Below, piece after piece: positions 11,040 to 20,611 of a stretch of DNA of 64,000 bases. How positions within the stretch are numbered: position 1 is the first letter of the stretch; each line of letters starts with the position of its first letter. This DNA is from an uncultured Acidobacteriota bacterium. Lineage in GTDB: Bacteria; Acidobacteriota; Vicinamibacteria; Vicinamibacterales; Fen-181. Location of the stretch: assembly GCA_963701315.1 (NCBI GenBank), contig OY969603.1, positions 2,154,454 through 2,218,453 on the forward strand, in the 5' to 3' direction. Made by a program: the position numbers and the translations under genes. Below the pieces are notes generated by a model. That model was not told the DNA's origin. It saw nothing but the letters and a program-made list of their open reading frames with translations, and did not search any database.

Positions 11040-11939
11040 GTGTCCGGCGCTTTTGCTACAATCTGGCGCGTGGTCGAATCCCGTACGCGCCAGCCGCGCG
11101 CCGAATCTCGGGAGGTGGTCGAGCTCAAGCAGCTCAAGGCACGCCAGCCCGAACTGGGCGACGCTGTCGACCTGCACCTCGCGCTGCTGGACCTGCAGCG
11201 GCGGGTCCTCGCGCGCACCCCCATGCCCTGGGTCGAAGCGGCACCCGAGTGGTTGAAGCAGCAGCACGAGGAGGGCCGCCCCCTGCTCCGCTTTTCAGAT
11301 CTTCCGCTCGACTGGACGGAGTTCCGGCTCGTCTTCCGGCAGACCGCCGACGTGCTGCGGCGGTTCGGAGAATTGGAGGACGGCGACTACCAGGCCATCC
11401 AGGCGCTGTCCCGCGAGGGTCACACGCTCGAGCCGCTGGCGGTGCGGTGGTTCAATCTGGCGGCCACGCCTGATGTCGCCCCCAGCGAGGCGGCCCCACG
11501 CACCGCTCCATTGCCCGCGTCACTCGACCAGGTGCTCGGCCTCGCGATGCGCCCCTTCCTCGAACGGTGCGCCGAGGTGGTCCAGCAGCGCATCGACCTC
11601 ACGACCTGGACCCGCTCGCACTGTGCCCTGTGCGGGGGCGAACCGGACTTTGCCATCCTGACCTCAGGGGGTGATCGCCTGCTGGTGTGTGGCCGCTGCA
11701 CCGCGCGGTGGCGGTTCGACCCGTGCGCCTGCCCCTTCTGCCTGAACGCCGATCGGCGCCTGCTCCCGTCCTTCTCGAGTCGCGACGGCATCTACCGCCT
11801 CTATGCGTGCGACGCCTGCCACCGCTACATCAAGGCGTACGACGCCAGGCAGGGTGGGCGCCCGCTGATGCTCGCACTTGATCAGGTCGCGACGCTGCCG
11901 CTCGACGCGGCCGCCATCCAGCGCGGCTACGCGGCGTGA
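11040..11939 (+). CDS. fdhE: FdhE-family protein (formate dehydrogenase accessory-like, four CxxC pairs)
   Basis: 299 aa, GTG start. C-terminal HCALCGGEP...LLVCGRCTARW...CPFC...YACDACHRYIKAY...LDAAA matches the FdhE rubredoxin-like cysteine layout. Confidence 0.75.
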   Translation: MSGAFATIWRVVESRTRQPRAESREVVELKQLKARQPELGDAVDLHLALLDLQRRVLARTPMPWVEAAPEWLKQQHEEGRPLLRFSDLPLDWTEFRLVFRQTADVLRRFGELEDGDYQAIQALSREGHTLEPLAVRWFNLAATPDVAPSEAAPRTAPLPASLDQVLGLAMRPFLERCAEVVQQRIDLTTWTRSHCALCGGEPDFAILTSGGDRLLVCGRCTARWRFDPCACPFCLNADRRLLPSFSSRDGIYRLYACDACHRYIKAYDARQGGRPLMLALDQVATLPLDAAAIQRGYAA

Positions 11940-12420
11940 GCGCGCGGCGGACTCACGGCCCTTCCCCTCGCAGCCTGCTCGCCGGACCGCGAAGGCGAGC
12001 GTGAATACGCTCCGACGGCAGACGGCGCCAGAACCAAGGCGCCCGGGCGGGCGCTGTCAACGCGATTTCGACCTGGGCTGGCGCGATTAAGTTTCGGATG
12101 TCCGAGCCTACTGGCAGGCGATCCTGTCCGACCCTGAGGCCCTCGGCTGCGCCGGGAGCCTCACCGACCGGCGGGACGCAGGCCTCCGGTTCGCGGGCGC
12201 CGAGCGACAAGCCGCCAGTGACACGGTGCGGGTTCCAGGCGTGGGACGTCGAACATGACGTGTGGCCGTGCGGACGAGCCGGCCGCGTCCGTTCGGCACC
12301 GGACGGCAAGTCGAGGGGCTCAGCGAGGCGGTCACCGAGACACGAGTCCGTCCAGGATTCGGATGCCGCCGCTCTCTTGGCTCCGTCAGCGGGGGGGGGC
12401 GCACGCTACTCCGCGACGGC

Positions 12421-14893
12421 TCAGTCGTTTCGCAAGGCGACCATCGGGTCCACTCTCGCGGCGCGACGAGCCGGCACGTAGCACGCCAGACCCGCGATGC
12501 TGACCAGCGCGACCACGACGACGGCAAACGTGAGGGGATCGGCCGGCTCGATGCCGAACAGCAGCGACGCGATGGTGCGAGCGGCCACGTACGACCCGCC
12601 GACTCCAATCGCGACGCCCACGAGCGTCATCGTCAGGCCCTGGCGGAGGACCAGGGCCAAGACATCCCCGGCTCTCGCCCCGATCGCCATGCGCACACCG
12701 ATCTCCTGGGTCCGCTGCGTCACGGCGTACGTCACCACGCCGTACACTCCGGCGACAGCCAGGATCAGCGCCGTCAGCGCGAAGACCACCACCATTGTCA
12801 GGCTGAAGCGACGGGCCCCCAGCGAGGTGGAGTAGATCTGCGCGAAGGTCCGGAAGCGGGGCGCCACGTCCGGGGCCTCGTCGTGCAGGATGGCCCGTGC
12901 GGCGGCGACCACCTGGCTGGACTCGGCCTCGGCGTGCATCACCACGGTGAACTGCGGCCGGGGACGTTGCAGCAGGTTCACGTACACGGTCGGACGCGGC
13001 GGCTGCTCCAGCCCGTACTCGTGCGTGTCGCCCACCACGCCGACGATGGTGAGCAGGTGCAGGTCGCCGTCCATGTTACCAAACTGGATGGTCCGCCCGA
13101 TGGGATCCTGGTTCGGCCACCGCACCCGCGCGAGCGACTCGGTGATCAGCGCCACGTGGGCCGCGTCGAAGTCGTCCCGTCGGTTGAACAGCCTGCCACG
13201 ACGGAGCGGAATCCCCAACGCCTGAAAATACTCCGGTGACGCCGCGCAGAAGTCGGCCGTGCCGCGACGCCAGGCTTGTTGGGCGAGCAGCTCATACCGT
13301 GCGAAGTCCTTGGGGTTCTCCTGCCAGCCTACCAGCAGGAACATGCCGTCCGGAAGGCCGCCGTCCATCGGCACGGCGTTCACCGCGGCCACCTGCCGGA
13401 CGCCGGAAATACCGTGCAGGCGCTGGATGAGACGGTCCACAAACTGCGATTCGTGCGCCTGGAAGGCGGCGGTGGCCTCGGGCCCCAGGTCTCCCGGCGC
13501 CGCGAGTTCGAGGTCCATCGCCACGACATGATCGATCCGGAAGCCTGGATCCACCGAGAGCACCCGCAGGAGACTTCGGCCCAACAATCCGGCGGCGGTC
13601 AGCAACGCCAGGGTCATCGCGAGCTGCGCCGCGACGATGGCGCGGCCGAGACGCTGACCGCGCCGGGTCCCGGCATTCGCCCGGCCACTCTCGAGCAACG
13701 TCGCCTGCGGCGCGCGCGAGGTCGCCCGCACGGCCGTGAGGACGCCGAGGCCGAGGGCCGCCAGGAACGACACCCCTGCCGCGAATGCGAGCACCGGCCA
13801 ACTGACGGTCACTTCCTCCAGGCGCGGCAGCTCCGGTGGCGCCAGCGCGAGCAGTCCGCGGAGCATGCCGAGCGCGATCAGCACGCCGAGGACGCCGCTC
13901 AGACACGCCAGCACCAGAATCTCGGTAATGAACTGCCGCACGAGTCGTCCGCGGCCCGCGCCGAGCGCGTGCCGCACCGCCAACTCGCGGGCGCGGCCGG
14001 ACGCTTGGCTCAGCAGGAAGTTGGCGACGTTGGCGCAGGCGACCAGCAGCAGGACGCCCACGGCACCGAGCAGGACGCCCAACGGGGCACGCACGTTGCC
14101 CGTCTGAGACGCCTGCAGCGGAACCGCTGCCGCACCTTGTAGCAGGTACTCGTTCTGCTCGGCCGATTGCTGCACGATGCGCCCTGCGATGGCGCCAAGA
14201 ATCGGCCGTCGCCTGGGTGGGGGACACGCCCCGTCGCAGCCGGCCGATGCCGAAGTAGTTGTGCGAGGTGCGGCTGGGATTCTCGGGGTCCAGCTCGGCG
14301 GGCAGCCACAGGTCCGTCTTGGGAGGGAACTCGAACCGGTCCGGCAGGACGCCGACGACCCAGTAGACCCTGTTCTGAATTCGCAGCTTCACGGTCGAGA
14401 GGTCCCGCGTCGAGGCGAGGTGGTCTTTCCAGTAACGGTAGCTGGCCAGCAGCACCGGGGCGGCTCCGACGCGGCTATCGTCGGCCGAGAACCCGCGTCC
14501 CATCACCGGGCGAACGCCCAGCACCGGGAGGAAGTCACGCGTGACGAAGGCCACCCCGGTGCGCGTCGGTTCGGCTGGACCCGCGACGCTCGCAACCATG
14601 TCCGCGTACTTCGCCATCGCCTGGAAGGTGCGGTTCTGGTCGCGGAAGTCGTCGAAGTTCGGGTCGGCGAGGCGCGAATACGTGCCGCGGTGGTTCACTT
14701 CCCAGACTGCCACCAAGCGGTCCGGATTCGGGTACGGCAGCGGGCGCAGCAGCACGCCGTAGACCACGCTGAAGATCGCCGTCGCCGCCCCGATGCCCAG
14801 GGCCAGCGTCAGGATCACGGTGGCGCCGAATGCGGGGGCCTGCCTCAACCGCCGAGCGGCGTGTCTCAGATCCCTCAGGATCGCGTCGAACAT
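12421..14893 (-). pseudogene. ADOP-type (acidobacterial duplicated orphan permease) MacB/FtsX-family permease; +1 insertion near 14199-14203
   Basis: N-terminal frame reads MFDAILRDLRHAARRLRQAPAFGATVILTLALGIGA...SPTQATAD. Second frame reads LGAIAGRIVQQSAEQNEY... with two FtsX-type 4-TM blocks, ending RRAARVDPMVALRND. Confidence 0.85.
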
Positions 14894-15486
14894 GTGTGCT
14901 CCGTCCCTCAAAGACCGGCTCCACGGGCTGGTTTGTTAGACGGTTTGTCCGACGAAAGGGTTGCGACGCCATCGTCGGGCCCGGCCCGGCCGGGTCCGAC
15001 AGCGGCGCTGCATCGTCCGGAGCCTGGAGGGTGACGGGCTGGCAGTCGCACACCCGGCGGGCGGTGGATTCTGGGTTGCCTTGACCCCTGATGACCCAAG
15101 ACCTGGCGCACCCCGTCGTCGATGCCGGCGCCCAACGGGCGAGGACCGGCTGCTGGGGCCGCGTTGGCCGTCTCAGCCTTCTCGCCCGAGACGCGTGCGC
15201 CCAGGGAGCGTCTGTGGCGTACCCGCAGGTGCCACACCCAACGGAGGAACGGACCTGCACCGATCTGGAGAGGCTGATCTGCAGGCGTGAAACCAGCCGA
15301 CCACGGGTCTGCCGTCAACAAGAGGGTCTGACGCTCGCCCTTCGCGAGATGTCCCGGTCAGTCCGCGGACCCTCCGGCTCAGGGATGGCACCGAGTCCCA
15401 GGGGACTCGGGAGCCGCCAATGGGGGTGCGGGCCAAGCTCGGAACTCTGGGAAGCGTCTGGGAGGAAGACGGCGGGGGCGCAGCGG

Positions 15487-16545
15487 TCAGGGTCGGTCTT
15501 TCTTCTCCAACAGATCATGGGCCCGGGTCGACATCCAACTGAACAGGTTCCGAACCTCGGTGAAACGGGCCGCATTCGTCCGGGCGCCCAGGACCACGAC
15601 GGCGACGGGCTGGTCGACCTGCGGCATCTTGAGCAGCGTGGCGAGACAGTAGCCCGACCGGCCGATGAAGCCCGTCTTGCCGCCGAGCACGCTGCCCTCC
15701 ATCTCGGCACGGTTGAGCAGCTGGTTCGTGCTGTGAATGGTCAACGGATGCCCCCCGAGCGTCAGCGTGTACTCGGGCTTCCGCATGACCTCGGAGATCC
15801 GGTCGTCGCCGGCCGCGTAGGCGATCAGCCGCGCCATGTCGTAGGCCGACGACACGTTCGACGCGTCGAGGCCAGACGGATCGGCGTAGGTGGTGCTCTC
15901 CAGGCCGAGTTCAGTCGCCTTCTCGTTCATCCGGGCGACGAATCCGGCCGGCCCCCATGGAGACACGCGGGCGAGGGCGCGAGCGGCGCCATTGTCGGAC
16001 GAGATTAGAAGGAGGTGGAACAGGTCGCGGATGCTCACCTCGTAGCCCGACCGCAGGTGGGTGACGGACGCGGCCAGCGTGTCCGAGCGGTCGATGGCGA
16101 CGACCTGTGCCATGTCCGGCTCGCTCTCGACGAAAACGACCGCGGTCATCACCTTTGTGATGCTCGCGATGGACCGCTTGTCCTGGGAATTCTCCTCCCA
16201 GATGACCTGGTGGGTCTCGGGGTTGTAGATGATGGCCGCGGCCGCGTGGAGGTCGGGCACCAGTGCGCCGGTCGCATCGGTCTTGAAGCGCGGGATGGCC
16301 TCCTCGCGGGCCAGCCGGACCCGCGCCGCCACCCGCGCCTGTGCCAGCTTCGCGCTCCGCGCCCGGGACGCCTGGGACGAGTAGGCATGCGCAGAGGCGA
16401 CCTTCGAGGCAGGCTTAGGGGGCGTCTTGGATGCCGGCTTGGACTTGGTCTCGGCAGCGAACGCCGGGCCCGCGCCGAGCGCGCCCACCAGGCAGAAGGC
16501 CGCCAGTAGGGCGGCCAGGCCGGGGCAGTGACGGACGGATGTCAT
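15487..16545 (-). CDS. D-alanyl-D-alanine carboxypeptidase (peptidase S11, low-molecular-weight PBP)
   Basis: Signal peptide, then SIASITKVMT (SxxK), SSDNGAA (SxN) and GGKTGF (KTG). Confidence 0.85.
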   Translation of the reverse strand: MTSVRHCPGLAALLAAFCLVGALGAGPAFAAETKSKPASKTPPKPASKVASAHAYSSQASRARSAKLAQARVAARVRLAREEAIPRFKTDATGALVPDLHAAAAIIYNPETHQVIWEENSQDKRSIASITKVMTAVVFVESEPDMAQVVAIDRSDTLAASVTHLRSGYEVSIRDLFHLLLISSDNGAARALARVSPWGPAGFVARMNEKATELGLESTTYADPSGLDASNVSSAYDMARLIAYAAGDDRISEVMRKPEYTLTLGGHPLTIHSTNQLLNRAEMEGSVLGGKTGFIGRSGYCLATLLKMPQVDQPVAVVVLGARTNAARFTEVRNLFSWMSTRAHDLLEKKDRP

Positions 16546-16801
16546 GAACGACTCACACCCGGGGCAAGAAACGCGACGACATTGTAACAGGTCACCTGCC
16601 CCATGCAAGTGGCCTCTCTAGTGTATCTCGGTCATTCGGCAGGACTTGTCCAGTCCTGGTCGAAAGCCGCCGCCCGCAGAGGGCTACGACTCTATTCAAC
16701 GTGCGTGCCACGGACCCATCCGGTGAATCGGCCGCCAATGGACTGTCGGGCCGCCGACAATCCGGCGTTGGTCACGGATGGCCGGCAGCCCCACCCCCCT
16801 G

Positions 16802-17110
16802 TCAGGCTCCCTCGTCCTCCCGCAGCAGTTCGGCGATCTCCGCGGCGTCGTCCGGTTCGGGGTCAAGGGGCGGCTCGCGCAGCAACTCCTCCAGCCGCTC
16901 GCGGTCGAACCCCACGAGGGCCCGGCCCCCGACGATGATGGTCGGCACCGTCGGAGTCACAGCCGCCACGAGCAGGTCCCGTAGGGCCTCGGGTTCGCGC
17001 GTGGGATCCCGCTCGACAAACGGATCGCCGAACCGACGCAGGGTTTCCCGGGCGGACGCGCAGTGCGGGCAGGACGACGTCGCGTAGAAGACGATCCGCG
17101 GCTCGGACAT
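16802..17110 (-). CDS. glutaredoxin/NrdH-like small redoxin (CPHC) with acidic C-terminal tail
   Basis: MSEPRIVFYATSSCPHCASARETL...TVPTIIVGGRALVGFD, then the PEPDDAAEIAELLREDEGA tail. Only the last 102 codons of ORF 16802..17485 look coding. Confidence 0.7.
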   Translation of the reverse strand: MSEPRIVFYATSSCPHCASARETLRRFGDPFVERDPTREPEALRDLLVAAVTPTVPTIIVGGRALVGFDRERLEELLREPPLDPEPDDAAEIAELLREDEGA

Positions 17111-17178
17111 CGGTGGACTCCCTGAGAATCGAACCAACTCGCCGGGGACGGCCCGGCCACGCAGCGGGTGAGCCTCCC

Positions 17179-18435
17179 CTACCTCGCGAGGGCGAGGACA
17201 AGGGCCAGCACGCGGTCCGTCCCTTTCTCCGAGCCAGTCGTGTCGAACGACTCGGAAAGCGCGTGCGCGTCGTGTCCCGTGCCGCCCCCTCCGACGGTGA
17301 TGGCCGGGATACCCAGACTCATCGGCCAGTTCGCGTCGGTCGACCCGTCGCTGAGACTCGCCGGCAGACCGAGCGCCTGGTTGACCGCAATCGCCGCCTG
17401 CACGATCGCCGCGCTCGGCGGAGTCTGTCCAGCCGGGCGGTTGCCGACCAGGTCTTTGGTCGCGCTGAGGTGGCCAGTCTGCCACCGCGCGTTCTCCTCG
17501 CGGACCGCCTCGTCGACCGCCCGTTGAAAGGTCCCATCGAGCGCGGCGAGCGCGGCGGGATCGGCCGACCGCATGTCGAATTCGAACCAGGCTTCGGAGG
17601 CAATCGAGTTGACCGACGTGCCGCCCCCGATGCGGCCGACGTTGAAGGTCACCTTGGGTTCACGGGGTACCGTGAAGTCGGCGATCTTGGACACGGCGCG
17701 CCCGAGGGCGTGAATCGGGTTCACCAGGCCAAACGCGCCGAAGCTGTGCCCGCCGGGCCCGCGGAACGTGACGCGGTACCGGTGGCTGCCGACGGCGACG
17801 TTGGTGATGCTCGGGCCCGTGCCGTCGATCGAGACGAACGAGTCCACCTGCCCCTTCAAGGTCGCGCCAAACAACTCCCGCATGCCCCGCAGGTCGCCCA
17901 GCCCTTCCTCCCCGACGTCGGCCACGAAGGTGATCGTCCCCGGTGTCTGGACGTGGGCCTCGTTGAGCGCACGGGCCACGCCCAGCAGGACCGCAAGGCC
18001 TCGCCCGTCGTCGCCGATCCCCGGGGCCTTCAGCACGGGTCCGTCGCGCGTGACGTGGACGGCGGTGCCCTCGGGAAACACCGTGTCGAGGTGTGCGGCC
18101 AGCACAACGTGCGGCGTAGAGGTCAGGCCGGGGCGGTCGCCGAGGACGTTACCGACCCGGTCGATACGCACGTTCTTCAGACCGAGTTCCTCGAACCTGC
18201 GCCTGACGGCCGCCGCCCGCGTCGCCTCCTGGAACTCCGGGGCTGCAATCTCGGTCAGTTCCACCTGGTCCGCGATCACGCGTGCTTCGTGCTGGGCGAC
18301 GAAGCGCCGCGCGGCGGCGACGGCCGGGTCCTCGAGCAGCGCCCCGATCCGGTCGGCGGGAGACCAGCCTGCCGCGACGCCGATGGCGACGGCGAGACTG
18401 GCGAGAACGACAGAGACGGACAAACGGTGATTCAT
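17179..18435 (-). CDS. M20-family metallopeptidase (peptidase T / ArgE-DapE-like), secreted
   Basis: MNHRLSVSVVLASLAVAIG signal peptide; AAHLDTVFPEG, GIGDDGRG, VADVGEEGLGDLRG and STDANWP motifs typical of the M20 family. Confidence 0.85.
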   Translation of the reverse strand: MNHRLSVSVVLASLAVAIGVAAGWSPADRIGALLEDPAVAAARRFVAQHEARVIADQVELTEIAAPEFQEATRAAAVRRRFEELGLKNVRIDRVGNVLGDRPGLTSTPHVVLAAHLDTVFPEGTAVHVTRDGPVLKAPGIGDDGRGLAVLLGVARALNEAHVQTPGTITFVADVGEEGLGDLRGMRELFGATLKGQVDSFVSIDGTGPSITNVAVGSHRYRVTFRGPGGHSFGAFGLVNPIHALGRAVSKIADFTVPREPKVTFNVGRIGGGTSVNSIASEAWFEFDMRSADPAALAALDGTFQRAVDEAVREENARWQTGHLSATKDLVGNRPAGQTPPSAAIVQAAIAVNQALGLPASLSDGSTDANWPMSLGIPAITVGGGGTGHDAHALSESFDTTGSEKGTDRVLALVLALAR

Positions 18436-18878
18436 GGTGTGGCCACCCGCATGCGGCATCCCGCCGCGTCGAGCCCGCCGGTACGGTCGGCACGTGCTCG
18501 GAGGTTCCGACGCACTATCCAATCCGCGCGGGTTCCTGTCAAGTGCGCGATGAGGGTCCGAGACCTCGCTCGCGGAAGGAGCGCGCTTCCCCGTCGGGGA
18601 TCCAAATTCTTGGCCCGTCAATCCAAGGAAGGAACCGGCCCGAGCGGCCGAGAACACTGCCCCCTGGTGGCCGGCCTGCGGGGTTTCAGGAAGCTGCCGA
18701 TTATGGTGGAAGGCGTGCGGCCAGGGGAGCCGATCGCGCGTCGCCGCCGCGCGCCGACAATCGGCACGCCGGTTGCTCACGCCCGGAACTGACGAGCACC
18801 ATGGAGGGTGCCGGGCCCGCAGCCGTTCATGAGGTCGTCAGGTCCCCCCTTCTCGGTTGCCGTCCAAGGAGTCACGTC

Positions 18879-19094
18879 ATGGGTCTCGTCCGGCTCCTCG
18901 GCTTCGCGACATTGGCATGCGGATGTCTGGTCGGCCGCTATCTCGAGCTGGCCGGCAACCGCGAAGTCGTGTACGTCGAGCAGAAGGGTACGGCGTGCGT
19001 CAGCCATGCCCACCGGCTGAACCACCCGATTCCGAGGTCGCGCGTCGCGGGCGAGGCGTCGCCCCGGTTTGCGGTCGTTGCCAAAGCCTCGTAG
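18879..19094 (+). CDS. small Cys/His-containing hypothetical ORF (71 aa) just upstream of the methyltransferase
   Basis: MGLVRLLGFATLACGCLVGRYLELAGNREVVYVEQKGTACVSHAHRLNHP. The composition looks protein-like and it ends 12 nt before the MTase start. No family recognised. Confidence 0.3.
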   Translation: MGLVRLLGFATLACGCLVGRYLELAGNREVVYVEQKGTACVSHAHRLNHPIPRSRVAGEASPRFAVVAKAS

Positions 19095-19106
19095 AATGCC
19101 GTCCCG

Positions 19107-19997
19107 GTGAACACACGCGAGGCTACGCCGCACGCCACGTTACGGCATCGAGGCGTGACGCTGCGCTTCTACCTAGGGGATTGTCTCGACTGGCTTCCGC
19201 GATTCGACCGGGGGTGTGCGGACGTGGTCGTGACGTCGCCGCCCTACAACCTCGGCATCAAGTACCGCGCGTACCAGGACACGCTGCCCCGCGACGAGTA
19301 CCTGCGGTGGACCGGCCGGTGGGTGACCGAGGTGGCGGCTGCCCTGTCCGCGGCTGGCTCGCTGTTCCTCAACGTTGGCGCGAAGCCGAAGGACCCATGG
19401 GTCGCCATGGATATCGCCCAGGCGGTGCGGCCGCACCTGGCCCTGCAGAACGTCATCCACTGGGTGAAGTCGATCGTCATCGAGCAGAACGCCGCGGGCG
19501 AGGCTGCGCGCCTGCCGCGGGACTTGGCCGTCGGCCACTACAAGCCCATCAACAGTCCACGCTTCCTCAACGACTGCCACGAGTTCATCTACCATTTCAC
19601 CAAGTCAGGCGACGTGCCCCTGGAACGCACGGCCATTGGCGTGGCCTACCAGGACCAGTCAAACGTGGGACGGTGGAAGGCGGGCGCGGGCAACCGACGG
19701 TGTCGCGGCAACGCGTGGTTCCTGCCTTACGACACGATCAACAGTCGCGAGAAAGATCGTCCCCATCCGGCGACCTTCCCGGTGCGGCTCCCGGAGTACT
19801 GCCTCCGGCTGCACGGGCTGGAGCGGCTTCGCCTCGTGGTCGATCCGTTCACGGGGCTCGGCAGCACGGCCGTCGCCTGCGCGCGGCTCGGGGTGGACTT
19901 CGCCGGGATCGAGATGGACCAGTCGTATCTGGACGTCGCGGTGGAGCGCGCGGAATCAGCCCTCCGGTCGCTGCGTGCTGCGTTCGAGGCGGACTGA
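19107..19997 (+). CDS. DNA methyltransferase, N4/N6 family, beta-class motif order (SPPY before FxGxG); no restriction partner seen
   Basis: 296 aa. VVTSPPYNLG (motif IV) is N-terminal and VVDPFTGLGSTAVA (motif I) is C-terminal; HPATFPVRLPE also present. GTG start. Confidence 0.85.
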   Translation: MNTREATPHATLRHRGVTLRFYLGDCLDWLPRFDRGCADVVVTSPPYNLGIKYRAYQDTLPRDEYLRWTGRWVTEVAAALSAAGSLFLNVGAKPKDPWVAMDIAQAVRPHLALQNVIHWVKSIVIEQNAAGEAARLPRDLAVGHYKPINSPRFLNDCHEFIYHFTKSGDVPLERTAIGVAYQDQSNVGRWKAGAGNRRCRGNAWFLPYDTINSREKDRPHPATFPVRLPEYCLRLHGLERLRLVVDPFTGLGSTAVACARLGVDFAGIEMDQSYLDVAVERAESALRSLRAAFEAD

Positions 19998-20034
19998 GCG
20001 AGCAGCGCTCTGGACCGCGTCAGCACGAGGTCGT

Positions 20035-20460
20035 CGTCGGGCGAGTTCCACCACTTCTACAATCTGTTCATGCAGAACCTCTACGGCGCGTACCGGTTCA
20101 ACAGCATCGCGAACTTCGCGGCCGGCACCGCCCAGTCCGACGCCCACACCTTCTCGAACACCGCGAACCCGCTGCAGCGGGCCGAGTTCCTCGGTCTACC
20201 AGTTCTGGTTCTACACCGGTGACAAGTGGCGCGTCAGGCCGAACCTCACGCTGACCCACGGCCGGCGGTTCGACCTCCCACGGTACCCGGACACGCCGCA
20301 CGACGACCCGATCGCCCAGAGCGAATTCGGCTACGCGACGACCGTGGCGCCGGCTCCGACCAGGTGGTCGCTGCGTATCGGGTTCAATTACGACCTGAGC
20401 AAGGGCGAGGCGGCGCGGCGCCAGACTCGCGGCGGTATCGGATTGTTCGAGGCTCGCGCC
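20035..20460 (+). pseudogene. remnant of a TonB-dependent receptor (internal fragment only, also frameshifted near 20189)
   Basis: EFHHFYNLFMQNLYGAYRFNSIANFAAGTAQS...NPLQRAEF, then in the next frame SVYQFWFYTGDKWRVRPNLTLTHGRRFD...SLRIGFNYDL...RGGIGLF. This resembles the mid-barrel region of acidobacterial receptors such as the two intact ones here. No N-terminus or C-terminus is present. Confidence 0.6.
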
Positions 20461-20611
20461 CGTCGGGGCGGATCTCCGCCAGGCCGCCGAGCCGTGCGCG
20501 CGGGCCCACCGCGAGTCGAAGCTCACCCAGCGCCAGACACGGGCCAGGCGGCCGTCAGACCGTCTGGCTCGTTCGTGCTCCCGGCGGGCGTGGCCTCAGG
20601 CGGTCAATCGT

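Noticed and set aside
12382-12390. G9 homopolymer in the 480-bp spacer between the fdhE-like gene and the permease
   Set aside because: It could be a phase-variable tract, but it lies downstream of both convergent genes (3' ends) and so has no obvious promoter or coding target. It is more likely incidental or error-prone sequence.
14894-15486. Search for a PadR-type regulator upstream of the ADOP permease
   Set aside because: I read all three minus-strand frames and found no winged-helix PadR-like sequence. The ORFs here (for example 14908..15321 and 14535..15260) are Arg/Pro/Gly-rich. The interval is left unannotated.
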